Shown in pieces: positions 44,763-56,600 of a stretch of DNA of 64,000 nt; position 1 is the stretch's first letter, and every line of letters starts with the position of its first letter. Position numbers and translations under genes: made by a program. Source of the DNA: Rhizaria sp. SCN 62-66 (Eukaryota); NCBI GenBank assembly GCA_001724265.1, contig MEDY01000014.1, positions 62,001 through 126,000 of the forward strand, written 5' to 3'. The notes under the pieces are model-generated. The model was not told the DNA's origin. It saw nothing but the letters and a program-made list of their open reading frames with translations, and did no database searches.

Positions 44763-45039
44763 CCTGCACAATTAAAAGGGAAAGTACAACGAAGTGATCT
44801 GTTAAGGAACATCTTATTCAGTCGCTATAAAACAGTGCCGTGAGGCCACACAATTGAAGACTGTGAAGAATGCATCGACTCTTCAAGCTGGCCACAAATC
44901 GCATTCTGTCACCCAAGCTACATGCACAAAACAAACTCTAGTAAGATGAAACAGATTTATGCAAAGCTCGGACCATGTTCAGAACGTGGAAAATAAAACT
45001 AGGTATTTATTTTTATGTTGCTGTCTTCAGCCGTATTTG

Positions 45040-48000
45040 TCACATCCACTCTTTGTCACCACCCTTGTCGCCACCCTTGCCGCCACTTTTGTCACCACCT
45101 TTGCTCTGCTGGTTAAGGCCCCACTTGGAGGGCTTGACGCGAGCCTCGGGACACAGCCCGTCGCGCGCCAGGAGACACTCGTCGCAGCGCATGGCGTTAG
45201 CGCCGCACATCGTCTGGCCAAAGCCCACGAGCAGCGGGTTGATCGGCGCCCACAGCTCGCGCGGCAGCCAGCTTTCGAGTTGCCCCCTGTAGCAAAGCAT
45301 AAATGCATAACAAAGCAAAAAGATCGTGAGATATATGCCGATACACATAGAACAGGAATAAAAACACTTGGATAATACCAGAATTCAGTCGTTAAATTTG
45401 TCTTCTTGTGTTGTTTGTGAGCGACGTACCTCGTCTGTTCGGCATCCTTAGTCTTGTGCCAGCGCCAGCGGTTGGTAATCCTATGCACGTGCGTATCGAC
45501 GCCAATCGCCTCGTTGTCGCCCCACGCAACCTGCGCGCAGATGGCCGCCATCTTAGGCCCCACGCCGCGCAGTGAACACAGCGACGGGACCGAGCGCGGG
45601 ATATCCCCGTTGAACTCGTCCCTGCACCGCTGCGCGGCCTCGATGATGAACCCCACCTTAGTGTTGTGGAAGCCGACACCGCGGATGCAGTCGTGCACGT
45701 CCTCGCGCCGCGCCGCCAGCATTGCCGCCACCGACAGCCCTCCCTGCGCGCGCATCAGCGTCTGCAGCTTTCCGAACGCCGCCGCCGTCGCCTCATCCTT
45801 CGTCTGCGAGGACAGCATCAGCGCGATCAGCGTCTGGAACCGGAACGCCTCGGGCGGCGCGGTACGGTCGCCCAGCGCGCCGCAGCCCATGGTGTCGACG
45901 GCGGCGTTGGCCGCGGGGCCGCCCGGCGCGCGCATCTCGCGCACCAGCGCCAGCTGCTGCTGCCAATATACGGGCCGGCCCTGCGCGTCGCGGGAGGAAA
46001 ACGACACGCCAGCGCCGACTGGGCCGCGCACACGGCTGTTGGCGCCGCCGCCCCCGCTGCCGCCACGGCGGCTGCCATCTTCGGCCTCCTCGTTGTCATC
46101 GTCGCCAAAGGTGCCATTGTTGTCATTACTCAAGCCGTTGTTGTTGTTGCCGTCATCCAGAAAGACCTCATCGGTAGGCCCACCTGCGCCGGCCTCGAGC
46201 CGCATCGCGCGCAGCTTCGACGCCGCCTGCCTATACGCGCGCACGATGCGATCCTTGCTCTCTTGCGTGCGCCGCTCGATCTCGGCCGCGTCAGTCCCGC
46301 CCGTTTCGTGGTCGTAAGCCCACAGGGACTCCAGGTCCCACGGCCCCAGCAGCGGCGGCGGCGGCGGGTCCCGCCTCGCCCCCACCCTGCCGCCGCCCGC
46401 CGCCGCCTCGGCCGCCTCGCGCGCGGACGGGAACTTGTACGGCGCCCACTGGCCGCGCAGCTCCGGCACGCCGCGGCGCAACGCCGGCCACCCGCGCTCG
46501 CCGCCGCGGTCACCGGCCTCGTTCAGCGCCGCGATGCCGACCTCCCCCTCGGTCGCCGACACTAGCATGCGCAGCGTCGCGTCGCGGTACAACGGTCGGC
46601 CGACCGCGCAGTGGACCGGCCAGTTGACCCCATTGGCGTCGCTGGTCTCGCCCACGTCCGCGTTGGCGTTCGCGCGCAGCGTCGTGCGCGCGGGACTCTC
46701 GGGCGCGTTGGCGATGAGCCACTCGGTCCACGCGAAGCCCGGGGCGAAGGCGCAGGCGGCACCACGGACGCTCCGGCGCCAGAGCCGCGCCAGCGCCCCG
46801 GGCACCGCCGCCTCGGCCGCGCGCCGGACGCTGCGCTCACGGTCACTGCCCGGGGAGTCGCCCCCGGCCTCCCCGGCAGCGGCCGCAGCGGCGGCGGCTG
46901 CAGCGGCGGCAGCGGCGGCGGCGGCGGCAGCGGCCAGCGCCTCAGCCTCGGCCGCGGCGTCAGCGGCGTCGTCCGCGTCCGAGTGTGAGTGCGCAAGCGC
47001 GGCGGCGGCGGCGTGAACAGAGCTCAACACGACCGCGTGCAACAGACTGTCGTCGCGTGGGCCCACGCGCAGCGCGGCGGAGAAGGCGTCGCCGGTGAGC
47101 GGCCGCAGCGACGGGCGCGGCACTGGCGCAAGGTCGGCGCGGCGCATCGCGCGCATGCACTGGAGCGCGGCGGCAAACTCGCCTAGCGTTAGCGGCAGCG
47201 CGCGCGCGGAGGTGAGCGCGCGCGGCAGCGGGGCGGCCAGAACGGCGGTGGCGACGACGTCGCGCCACGTGCCGCCGGACAGCAGCAGACGCGGGTCCTG
47301 CTGGGGCTGCGGGCCGCAGTGGCGCGCGATCCATAGTAAAGAGACGGGGGGCAGGCCCGTGGCGAAAAGGGCGGCGCGAAGCTGGGGCCGGGTCGCGGGC
47401 AGCAGGGCGTCGAGCTGAGCTGCAGCTTCGCCGTCGTTGGCACGACCGTCGGCATTCTCGTCATTGTCGTTGTTGTAGTTGTAGCTGTTGTTGTAGTTCT
47501 TGTTCTTGTTACGGCTGCGAGAGTGAGCAGGCGCCGGCTCGGGCTCGAGGAATAACGCAACGGGGCGGTTGTCCTCGTCGTCGTCGTCCGCAACAGCAGC
47601 AGCAGCCGCAGAGGGGGCACCACCGCTGGCAGCAGCAGCCGCGGCAGAAGCGGCAGCAGCGGCCGCGGCGGCGGCGGCGGCGGCGGCAGTAGCAGCGGCG
47701 ATGGTGACTTGGCCCGAAGACGGAGCCTCTGCGGCAGCAGCATTGTTCGCGGTATCGCGTTTAGAGAGCCAGGCACTGCCACCAGCCCTCCGAGTAGCAG
47801 GCGCAACAGCAGTGGCAGCTGTAGCTACAAGAGTCGCGTCAGGAGTCGCGTCAGGACTCGCATTGGCGGCGGAGGCGGCGGCGCGCCGGCGCTTGGAGGG
47901 CTGCAAGATTGGGACCGCGTCTGCGTCATCTGCGGGGTCGGGGAAAATCTTGGAGTCGGCTGTTGTAGCGGCCGCGGCAGCTGCAGCGGCGGCAGCAGTG

Positions 48001-48044
48001 GCGGCGGATGAGGCCTTCGAGGCAGCAGCGCGGCGAGGAGGCAT
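45040..48044 (-). CDS. NTH1: Endonuclease III homolog NTH1 with long N-terminal extension (exons 48044-45430, 45286-45040)
   Basis: [23 protein letters not shown], Hh[33 protein letters not shown]...[12 protein letters not shown] and FeS motif C-x6-C-x2-C-x7-C. GTACGT intron. Confidence 0.94.
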
Positions 48045-48701
48045 GGGAGCGAGACGAGGCGCCTGGGCGACTTGAAAAAGTGATAAGCGTTGGAAAGCGC
48101 CTGAGATACTTACAAAAGCTGCGCGCGTTCGATTTTGTAGCATGCAACGCGCTAGAGATGCGCTGACTGTTCTATAGAAACACACGAAATGCACAGCAAA
48201 CAAGATATGGGTGCGAAGCAGTACGTGTCAGAAGAAGGAATCATGCAACAGGGCCAACGACAAAAGCCGTTTTATTAATAAGATAATGTGTAGAATTACT
48301 TTAAAAACTGTTATCTCTTATTGATATATGCGCTGGCAATTATCATACTGAATTATAGCTTGCTTTAGTGAATTGCCTCGAGCATGTGGTGGAGACAGAG
48401 AGGTTCGCAAAAAGTCGAGGACGGACGGCAATTTGCTTTTTTTGCGGCTCGGTCGGTTGAGGCGTCACAAAACCGGTTCCCGTGGGTCGTAACGACTGTG
48501 TAATAATGTGTAATTTATTGATATGAAATAGGGGCTTGTTTTATAATCTCCCTATTTGCATCAGCACTATTCGCGCTCGACTGGCGCCGTATAAGCTCCT
48601 ATCGTTCGACCGGCCTGCCCTCGCCATCTGCCTCCCGTCACTTCCCCTCCTCCCACTGTGCCCTGTTCTTTTTCCTGCTGCTGTCCAGGCCGACACACCG
48701 C

Positions 48702-49460
48702 ATGCTGGCATCGGTTTCGCGCACTGCGAGCCGCGCCTCGTGCCTCGCGTCCCAGCTCGGCGCCCTGGGCGCGCCCCTGCGCTCGACACTGGCGCCCGTG
48801 ATGCCGACCCAGTCCTCGGCCACGCCTGCGCGCTCGGTCTCCCTCGAGACGCGCAAGCGCCTCGTGCGCACCACCAAGCACGTCGCCACGGCCATCCCGG
48901 CCCCCGTCGTGCCCGCCAAGGTTGCCGTGGAGGCGGACGAGTCCGTGGTCAAGTACCAGCACCCGATGCCCGTCTTCTTCGACCCCGCGCACCCGACCCT
49001 GGCCATCACCAACAACGAGCTCTTCGCCGTCGTGCAGATCAACCAGAAGCAGTTCAAGGTCGCCAAGGGCGATCTCGTGATGGCGAACCACATCAAGGGC
49101 GTCGTCGTCGGTGACCAGCTCGCGATCAACCAGGTCCTGCTTGTCGGTGCGCGTGACTTCACCGTCATTGGCCAGCCCATGGTAGAGAATGCGTCTGTGC
49201 TCGTCACCGTCGAGGAGCAGACGCATCTGCAGCCGCGCAACATCTTCCACATGCGCCGCCGCACCGGCTTCAAGGACCTTAAGCGCTTCGCCGACCTTAT
49301 CACCGTGCTGCGCGTCGACAGCATCACGTATGACAGCGTGCCCGCGATCGCGAGCCGTGCTGCCGATCAGCTCGCGCCCGCTCACGTCATGGCCGCCAAG
49401 AAGAACTCGGTCCAGGTCCAGTTCAACGGCAACCGCAAGCCCGCCACGCTGGTCGCCTAA
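48702..49460 (+). CDS. MRPL21: Mitochondrial ribosomal protein bL21m
   Basis: Arg/Ser-rich presequence, then FAVVQINQKQFKVAKGDLV...VLLVGARDFTVIGQPMVENASV...VEEQ...TVLRVDSI. Confidence 0.9.
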   Translation: MLASVSRTASRASCLASQLGALGAPLRSTLAPVMPTQSSATPARSVSLETRKRLVRTTKHVATAIPAPVVPAKVAVEADESVVKYQHPMPVFFDPAHPTLAITNNELFAVVQINQKQFKVAKGDLVMANHIKGVVVGDQLAINQVLLVGARDFTVIGQPMVENASVLVTVEEQTHLQPRNIFHMRRRTGFKDLKRFADLITVLRVDSITYDSVPAIASRAADQLAPAHVMAAKKNSVQVQFNGNRKPATLVA

Positions 49461-50071
49461 GCGAATGATACTTACAGCTCCACAAGGGGCACGATAACTA
49501 TGACCAAACAAACTATGACAAAAACAAAAGACAAACAAAACGATAGCGTCGATGGAGGCTGTTGTGCCGAATGCATAGGGGCGAACGAGGAAGGACTGGT
49601 TTAACGATGGATACGCGCATGCTCCGCACACGAGGGTATTTAAATTGCAATTAACAACATATGTGATTGTGTAGATAGAAACAATAAAACCTATATTTTA
49701 ATGAAATACCCCTCAAAACCGCATTATTACTGTCGTGTCATTCCCAAGATACGAACACTCCCAGTCGCAGGAAAGCGGGGTGCTTGGGTCAAATGGCGAT
49801 CTATTTAAGCTTCGTCTCGCGTATTCCTTTCGTTAACTCGTGCATATTCACTGCGACGATATTTTTGCGGGATTTTTTTCATGCTTCGTTTTTGCTGTTT
49901 GTCACAGCCACTCATTTTCATGCACACAAGCACATTTTTGTCCATCGAAGATTGTGTCATCATCACTCGACTTCACATCTTTATTCGAATGCCTCTACAT
50001 CTCGCCCCTTTGCTCCCCGCAACAGAACCGCGTCTCGCTGCGTTACCACTGCGACCCCAGCACAGACTACC

Positions 50072-52930
50072 ATGCTGCGCAAGGCTGAAGCATCCACCAT
50101 GCGCGCGTCCCTGCGCTCGCTCTCGGCGGCCACCTCCCTCCTCACAGCAGCCTCTGCCTCGCCCGTCGCCTCCTCCGCCACCGCGGCCGTGACTGCGTCT
50201 GCGGTTGTGAGCGGCGCGTCCCGTCGCGCTGCATCCTCCGCGTTGCTCGCCCGCGCGCGCATGCAGCAGCAGCTGAAGCAGAACCCCGACATCGCACGCC
50301 TTCTCGCCCGCGCCCTCACGACCACCGCCACTTCTGCCACTGCGACTGCAGCCAGCAAGATCAACAGTATAAACGCGAGCGCCGCCGCTGCCGCCGCCCT
50401 GAATGCCGCGACCGCGGGCGCCGCCGTGCCCCGCGCCGCGCTCTCCGCCGCCCCTGCTGCGCCCTCCGCCGCCGCTGCGTCCCGCCCTTTCGTGACGCTG
50501 TCTGTGACCGAGACCGTGCCGGCCCGCCCCGTCCCCGGGTCCCTGCCTTTCCCCCGCCTCGTACTCTCCTCGTCGTCGTCCTCCGCTGCGCGCCGCGGCC
50601 GCGCCGCGACCGGCGCGGCTCCGCCGGAGCCCCCGGCGCACACTGCGCTGCGCGCCATGTTTCGTGCGCAAGCGGTACGCATGGTAGCCACCCTGGCCGC
50701 ACGCCGCCCCGTCGAGCACACGTACCGCACGCCCAAGCCCGCGTTCGCCGCCAACGGCGCCGCGACGCGCGGCATGTCCTCTGCGGCGGCGGCCGCGGCT
50801 GTTGCGGTGGCGCCCCAGGAGGCCCCCGCCAAGCAGGGTCAAAACAACGGCGAAAGCAGCAGCAACGCCAAGCCTGACCCTGAGTCCGGTGCGAACGGTA
50901 ACCGTAACGGCAGCAAGAGCGAGGGCGAAGGCAAGGAGCAGTGGCAGCAACGGTCCAAGGAGAGCGAGCACGGCGAAACGCACGGCCGGTTCGTGCCGCC
51001 GCCGCACGGCCGGTTCCGCTGGGGCATGTTCTGGGTCGCCAACGGCATCATCGGCACGTTCCTCGCCATGTCCATCGCCGACATCATCTGGGACTTCGGC
51101 TTCATGAACCCCGGCGTGCACCGCTCCATGTACTTCTGGGCGCACGCGCTGCCGATCTGGCTGGCGTACCGCGCCGTGCAGGTCTACTTCAACCAACAGG
51201 AGGCGCTCACGGACTGGGTCCGCGCTCACGCCACCTCGCACGCCGCGCTCGTGCTGCAGCCGCTGTGCTTGCCCGCCGGCGTGACGCGCGATGAGGCCGC
51301 GGACGAGGTCTACGCCAAGCTCAACCGCGCCTTTGCAACGACCATTATGGACGTGATCCTGCGGCTGCGCGGGTACTACGTGAAGCTCGGCCAGCTGGGC
51401 TCGATGCAGCCAGAGATGCTGCCTGAGCAGTGGGTCGAGGTGCTGTCGACGCTGCAGGACAAGGCCCCCGCAGAGCCGTTCGATCGAATCCGCGCCGTTA
51501 TCGAGGCAGAACTGGGCCGGCCCCTGGAGGAGGTCTTCATGAGCTTCGAGACCGTGCCCGTGGGTGCGGCGTCGATCGCGCAGGTGCACCGCGCGATGCT
51601 CAAGGACGGCCGCGAGGTCGCCGTCAAGGTCCAGTTCCCCGACGTGCAAGAGGTCTTCACGGCGGACATGTCGGCCGTGCGGATGTTTGTCAAACACGCG
51701 CAGCCGGAGCACCTCGTGTTTCTTGACGAGATCGAGCGCCAGTTCGTGACCGAGTTTGACTTCGAGCGCGAGGCGGCGTTCCTGTCGCTCTTCCGCCAGG
51801 CGCTTGGCAAGAGCCCGTTCTCGCGCAAGGTCGTCGTGCCGGAGCCGGTGGCGGAGCTGACCACGCGCAATGTGCTCACGATGGAGTACCTGCACGGTGA
51901 CAAACTCGTCACGGCGCTCAAGAAGCTGCACACGCGCATCGCCGGCGACCAGGGCATCACGCTGCAGGAGCTGATGGAGCGGAACAAGGCCGCCGCGGCG
52001 TTGACCAACACGCAGGTGCGCCTGTACAGCACGCTGTTTTACCTCAACGACGCCGTCAACAACGCCGCGCGCTTCGCATTCAACTGGACCGCTGGCTGGT
52101 TCGTCCCGCCCGTCGGGTACAAGCGCACGACGCCGCCGATCGCGATCCCCGCGATGATGGACCTGCTGCTCGATGTGCACGCATTCCAGATGTTCGATGT
52201 CGGCGCCATCAACGGCGATCCGCACCCCGGCAACATCATGCTGCTCGACGACGACCGCATGGGGCTGATCGACTTCGGCCAGGTCAAGGCGCTGGGCATG
52301 CTTGAGCGCGCGGTCATCGCGCGCCTGTTCGACGCGCTCGACCGCGGCGACAAGAAGGAGACGGTGCGTTGGTACAAGGCGATGGGCCACCGCAGCGAAC
52401 ACAACGACGAGCAGGTGCTATTTGAGCTCGCGCAGCTCGGCTACGACTACGACAACGCCACCACGCGCGGCGGCAAGAACATCCAGCTCTACTTTGAGGA
52501 GCTGACCGAGCGCGACAAGCTCGTCATGGGCAACGACACCTGGGTCATCCCCTCTCGCATGCTCATCCTGCTCCGTGGGCTCGCCGCCGCGCTCAAATAC
52601 GAGGTGCGCGCGTCCCCGGCGTTTGCGCGCGCGGGCCGCCGCTTCCTGGACGAGAATCCAGTCTGGAAGCTCGCGTCTGACTGCGCGCTCGAGTATTCGG
52701 AGTCGGACGACGCGGTGCTGGAGACGGCTAAGTACTGGAAGGACCTGGACGAGTACATCGCGGACCGCGTGATCAACGACGCGCGGTTCAAGCCGTTCGG
52801 GCTCGCCGTCACGCGCGGCGACAGTTTGCTCGGCGCCGATGTGGGCAGCGAGGACGATGCCAAGGGCAAGAACAAGGGTGGCGACGAGGACGGCGATAAG
52901 GATAAGAAGGACAAGAAGGAGAAGAAGTAA
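50072..52930 (+). CDS. ABC1/ADCK (UbiB-family) atypical kinase, probably mitochondrial
   Basis: YVKLGQ (KxGQ), LQDKAP, GAASIAQVHRA, VAVKVQFP, EFDFEREA, GDPHPGN and IDFG motifs; long presequence-like N-terminus. ATG at 50072. Confidence 0.93.
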   Translation: MLRKAEASTMRASLRSLSAATSLLTAASASPVASSATAAVTASAVVSGASRRAASSALLARARMQQQLKQNPDIARLLARALTTTATSATATAASKINSINASAAAAAALNAATAGAAVPRAALSAAPAAPSAAAASRPFVTLSVTETVPARPVPGSLPFPRLVLSSSSSSAARRGRAATGAAPPEPPAHTALRAMFRAQAVRMVATLAARRPVEHTYRTPKPAFAANGAATRGMSSAAAAAAVAVAPQEAPAKQGQNNGESSSNAKPDPESGANGNRNGSKSEGEGKEQWQQRSKESEHGETHGRFVPPPHGRFRWGMFWVANGIIGTFLAMSIADIIWDFGFMNPGVHRSMYFWAHALPIWLAYRAVQVYFNQQEALTDWVRAHATSHAALVLQPLCLPAGVTRDEAADEVYAKLNRAFATTIMDVILRLRGYYVKLGQLGSMQPEMLPEQWVEVLSTLQDKAPAEPFDRIRAVIEAELGRPLEEVFMSFETVPVGAASIAQVHRAMLKDGREVAVKVQFPDVQEVFTADMSAVRMFVKHAQPEHLVFLDEIERQFVTEFDFEREAAFLSLFRQALGKSPFSRKVVVPEPVAELTTRNVLTMEYLHGDKLVTALKKLHTRIAGDQGITLQELMERNKAAAALTNTQVRLYSTLFYLNDAVNNAARFAFNWTAGWFVPPVGYKRTTPPIAIPAMMDLLLDVHAFQMFDVGAINGDPHPGNIMLLDDDRMGLIDFGQVKALGMLERAVIARLFDALDRGDKKETVRWYKAMGHRSEHNDEQVLFELAQLGYDYDNATTRGGKNIQLYFEELTERDKLVMGNDTWVIPSRMLILLRGLAAALKYEVRASPAFARAGRRFLDENPVWKLASDCALEYSESDDAVLETAKYWKDLDEYIADRVINDARFKPFGLAVTRGDSLLGADVGSEDDAKGKNKGGDEDGDKDKKDKKEKK

Positions 52931-53633
52931 TTAAGCTCATGCATAAAGCGAAATGGTGAAAGACTCAGCACAAGAGCGCGCGCTAAGGTGTGTGCAATGC
53001 CATAAGTATCACAAGACTACTATGTTGGTGAAATTGGTGTTTGTTTTGTGTGGAAGTGGAAGCAAGGAAAGTTGAGACGATTAACGTTATTTTGAATGTT
53101 GGACAAGAAATTCGTTTGTGAGTGTGGGTATTTTAAGCAACAAGAAAAAACACGTTGTGTCACATCAAACATAAAATACAGAAGAACAAAAAACGAAAGA
53201 ATCAAAGGCGTTATGGTGGTGTATTATTATTGAGCGTGAAGCATGCAGTGGACTAAATCACGGCATTATGCGCACGCTGTCCCACATCCAACCCTGATAA
53301 ATACAGAAGGAAAAAGCAAAATAGTACTGTCTTTTGTTGAACAACTTTCGCAACATCGTATGGTAAAGAGCGACCCTAGGTCATTTAATCAATCAACTCA
53401 CGTTGACCGGGCACTCAGCATCATTATCATCATCGTCAGACTCGTCGTAAACGGCAGAATTACGACGACATCAAATCAAAACATGGCAAAATCGTCACAT
53501 AACATAAACTAAAATAACAAAAACAAAACGCACGGATAAAACGCAAGATTCCTCGAACTTTTATGAACAACAAGTAATCCGCAACAGCTCCCGCTCTCAT
53601 GCTTGTAACAGAAACAGTCATGTGTCAGCGCGT

Positions 53634-56600
53634 TTAGTAGCGGGAGCGCGAGAGCGAGCGCGGCTTCGAGGACCCCTTGGGCACGATCTCGCCGTTCTCG
53701 ATCGCATTGAAGTACGCCTCGCGCGCCTCCTTGCGCGCGGCGCGCACCAGCTCGGCGTCCTTGCGCGCCGACTCCTGCTGCACGCTCTGACGCACGCTCT
53801 CCAGCTCCGGCGTCCGCATCGGCGACGGCGCCTGCTCGTCCGCAGGGCGCTCGATCGCGCCGTTCTGCGGAGACTCGCCGCCCGAGGACGAGCCCGATGC
53901 GTCGCCCGCCGCAGCCGCCGCGGCCGCAGCAGCGGCCTGCAGTTGGCGCGCGAGCCCGGAGCTGGGCGCCGCGGGACGCGTGATCGCGGGACGCGTGGCC
54001 GCGGGGGACACGGCCGCTGACGGCGTCGCAGAGGCCGACGCAGAGCCCGGAATGGCGGCATCGGAGTCAGCGTCCGCGTCGAGGTGCTGGCGGCGGCGCT
54101 CGTACGCGCGCAGAACCTTGCCGTGCACCGACTGCTGCTCCTGCACCAGGGACAGCGCCTGCGCCGAGACGAGTCCATCGGCCGAGTCGACTACGCTGCC
54201 GTCGCGAGTCACCACGGTGAGCTGCGAGCCCGCGGGCGAACCGGGGCGCGGGAGCGCGCCACCGGTGACCGCGACGGGCGCGTTGGCGCCCGAGGCCGCG
54301 GCGGCGAGCTCGTCCAGCAGCGAGCGCGACTCGGCGCTGCGCGCGGGCGACGCGGCCACGCCGCCAAACAGCGCGCCGCCACTGCGGCCGAAAGAGCCGC
54401 TGTGGCCGAAGGAGCCGGAGGAGCCGAGCGAGGCGTCGAAGCCACCCAGCCCGCCGCCGGAACGCGCGAGGGCGAGACGCGGCGCGGAGCCGGCAAGCAA
54501 GGCCGAGGGCGTCACGGCGGGGCTGCGGCCAGCGGTGGGCGTGCGCGCGGCGTCGGCGTACGTAGTGCCCGACGGCGTGCGCGCCAGAGGAGCTGGCACT
54601 GGCAGCGATGACATCCCCCGCGGCGTCGACGGGGCCGTGCCCGCCCTGGCGCCGGGCATCGGGATAGGCGCGGTCGTCGACGCACTGTTGCCGATAGGAA
54701 TTGCGCCTCCGCTCGCCTCGAGGTCGAAGTCATCCTCGTCCTCCTCAGACGCGGGCGCGACGGCAGCGGCGGCGGCGGCGGCGGCCTCCTCGGCGGCCTT
54801 GCGGGCAGCCTTGCGCTCGGCGTCGGCGCGCTTCTTGGCGGCGACCTCGAGCTCCTTCTGCGCGGCAGCGGCCTCGGCCTCGGCCAAAGCTTGCGCGCGC
54901 GCGGCGGCGCGGGCGGCGGCCGCGGCCTCCTCCTCGGCCTTGCGCTTGGCGATCGCATCCGCCTTGGCCTGTGCCGCGGCGTCCTCCTCGGCCTTCTTGT
55001 GGGCAGCGGCTTCGGCCTTGGCGGCGGCCTCGGCGTCGGCCTTGGCTTTGGCGGCAGCCTTAGCCTTGGCCTCAGCCTCAGCCTTAGCCTTGGCCTTAGC
55101 CTCAGCCTTGGCCTCAGCGGCAGCCTTGGCCTCAGCAGCAGCCTTGGCCTCAGCAGCAGCCTTGGCCTCAGCGGCAGCCTTGGCCTCAGCCTCAGCCTTA
55201 GCCTTGGCCTCAGCGGCAGCCTTGGCCTCAGCGGCAGCCTTGGCCTCAGCAGCAGCCTTGGCCTCAGCGGCAGCCTTGGCCTCAGCCTCAGCCTTAGCCT
55301 TGGCCTCAGCGGCAGCCTTGGCCTCAGCAGCAGCCTTGGCCTCAGCGGCAGCCTTGGCCTCAGCCTCAGCCTTGGCCTCAGCCTCAGCCTTGGCCTTAGC
55401 CTCAGCGGCAGCCTTGGCCTCAGCGGCAGCCTTGGCCTCGGCCTCAGCCTTAGCCTTGGCCTCAGCGGCAGCCTTGGCCTCAGCCTCAGCCTTGATACGA
55501 GCAGCCTCAGCCTCGGCAGCAGCCTTAGCAGCAGCAGCCTCTTCCTCAGCCTTAACGCGCGCGGCCTCGGCAGCAGCAGCAGCAGCCTCCTCCTCAGCCT
55601 TGATGCGCGCGGCCTCAGCTTCCGCCTCAGCCTTGGCCTTGGCAGCAGCCTCCTCCTCAGCCTTCTTGGCAGCAGCGGCCTCGGCCTCCGCCTTGACCTT
55701 GGCCTCAGCCTCAGCCGCCGCCGCAGCAGCAGCGGCAGCAGCCTTTTCAGCCTGGCGCTTGGCGGCCGCCTCCTCCTCAGCAATCCGGCGGGCCTCCTTC
55801 TCAGCCTTGCGCTTCGCCGCGGCCTCCTCTTCCGCAACGCGGCGCGCCTCCTTCTCCGCCTTGCGCTTGGCGGCCGCCTCCTCCTCAGCGATCCGACGGG
55901 CCTCCTTCTCGGCCTTGCGCTTGGCGGCGGCTGCAGCCTCGGCAGCGGCGCGCTCAGCGGCCACGGCGGCCTTCTTGGCAGCGGCCTCCTCCTCGGCAGC
56001 CTTCTTCGCAGCAGCAGCGGCGGCGGCAGCGGCGGCGGCGGCGGCGACAGCAGCGGCCTTAGCCTCAGCCTCGGCGGCGGCCTTCGCCTCGGCCTCCTCC
56101 TGGGCCTTAGCGGCAGCGGCTTCCTCCTCGGCCCTGATACGAGCAGCCTCGGCCTCAGCAACGGCCTGCGCGGCGGCAGCGGCAGCGGCGGCGGCAGCGA
56201 CCTCCTCCTCAGCCTGAGCCTTGGCAGCGGCCTCAGCAGCGGCGGCGGCTTCAGTAGCGGCGGCTTCGGCAGCGGCGGCTTCGGCAGCGGCGGCTTCGGC
56301 AGCAGCGGCAGCGGCGGCCTCCTCCTCAGCCTTCTTGTTGGCAGCAGCAGCGGCAGCGGCAGCGGCAGCCTCAGCCTCAGCCTCAGCCTGCGCCTTTGCC
56401 TCAGCCTGCGCCTTTGCCTCAGCCTGCGCCTTTGCCTCAGCCTGCGCCTTTGCCTCAGCCTGCGCCTTTGCCTCAGCGGCAGCCTTCGCATCGGCCTCAG
56501 CCTTGGCAGCGGCAACAGCGGCGGCAGCCTCCTCAGCCTTCTTGGCAGCGGCGGCAGCGGCAGCTGCAGCAGCTTCCTCCTCAGCCTTGACCTTCGCAGC

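Noticed and set aside
45150-45215. C-x6-C-x2-C-x7-C spacing in the NTH1 FeS loop
   Set aside because: A slightly longer last spacer occurs in other eukaryotic Nth1 proteins, so it is not novel.
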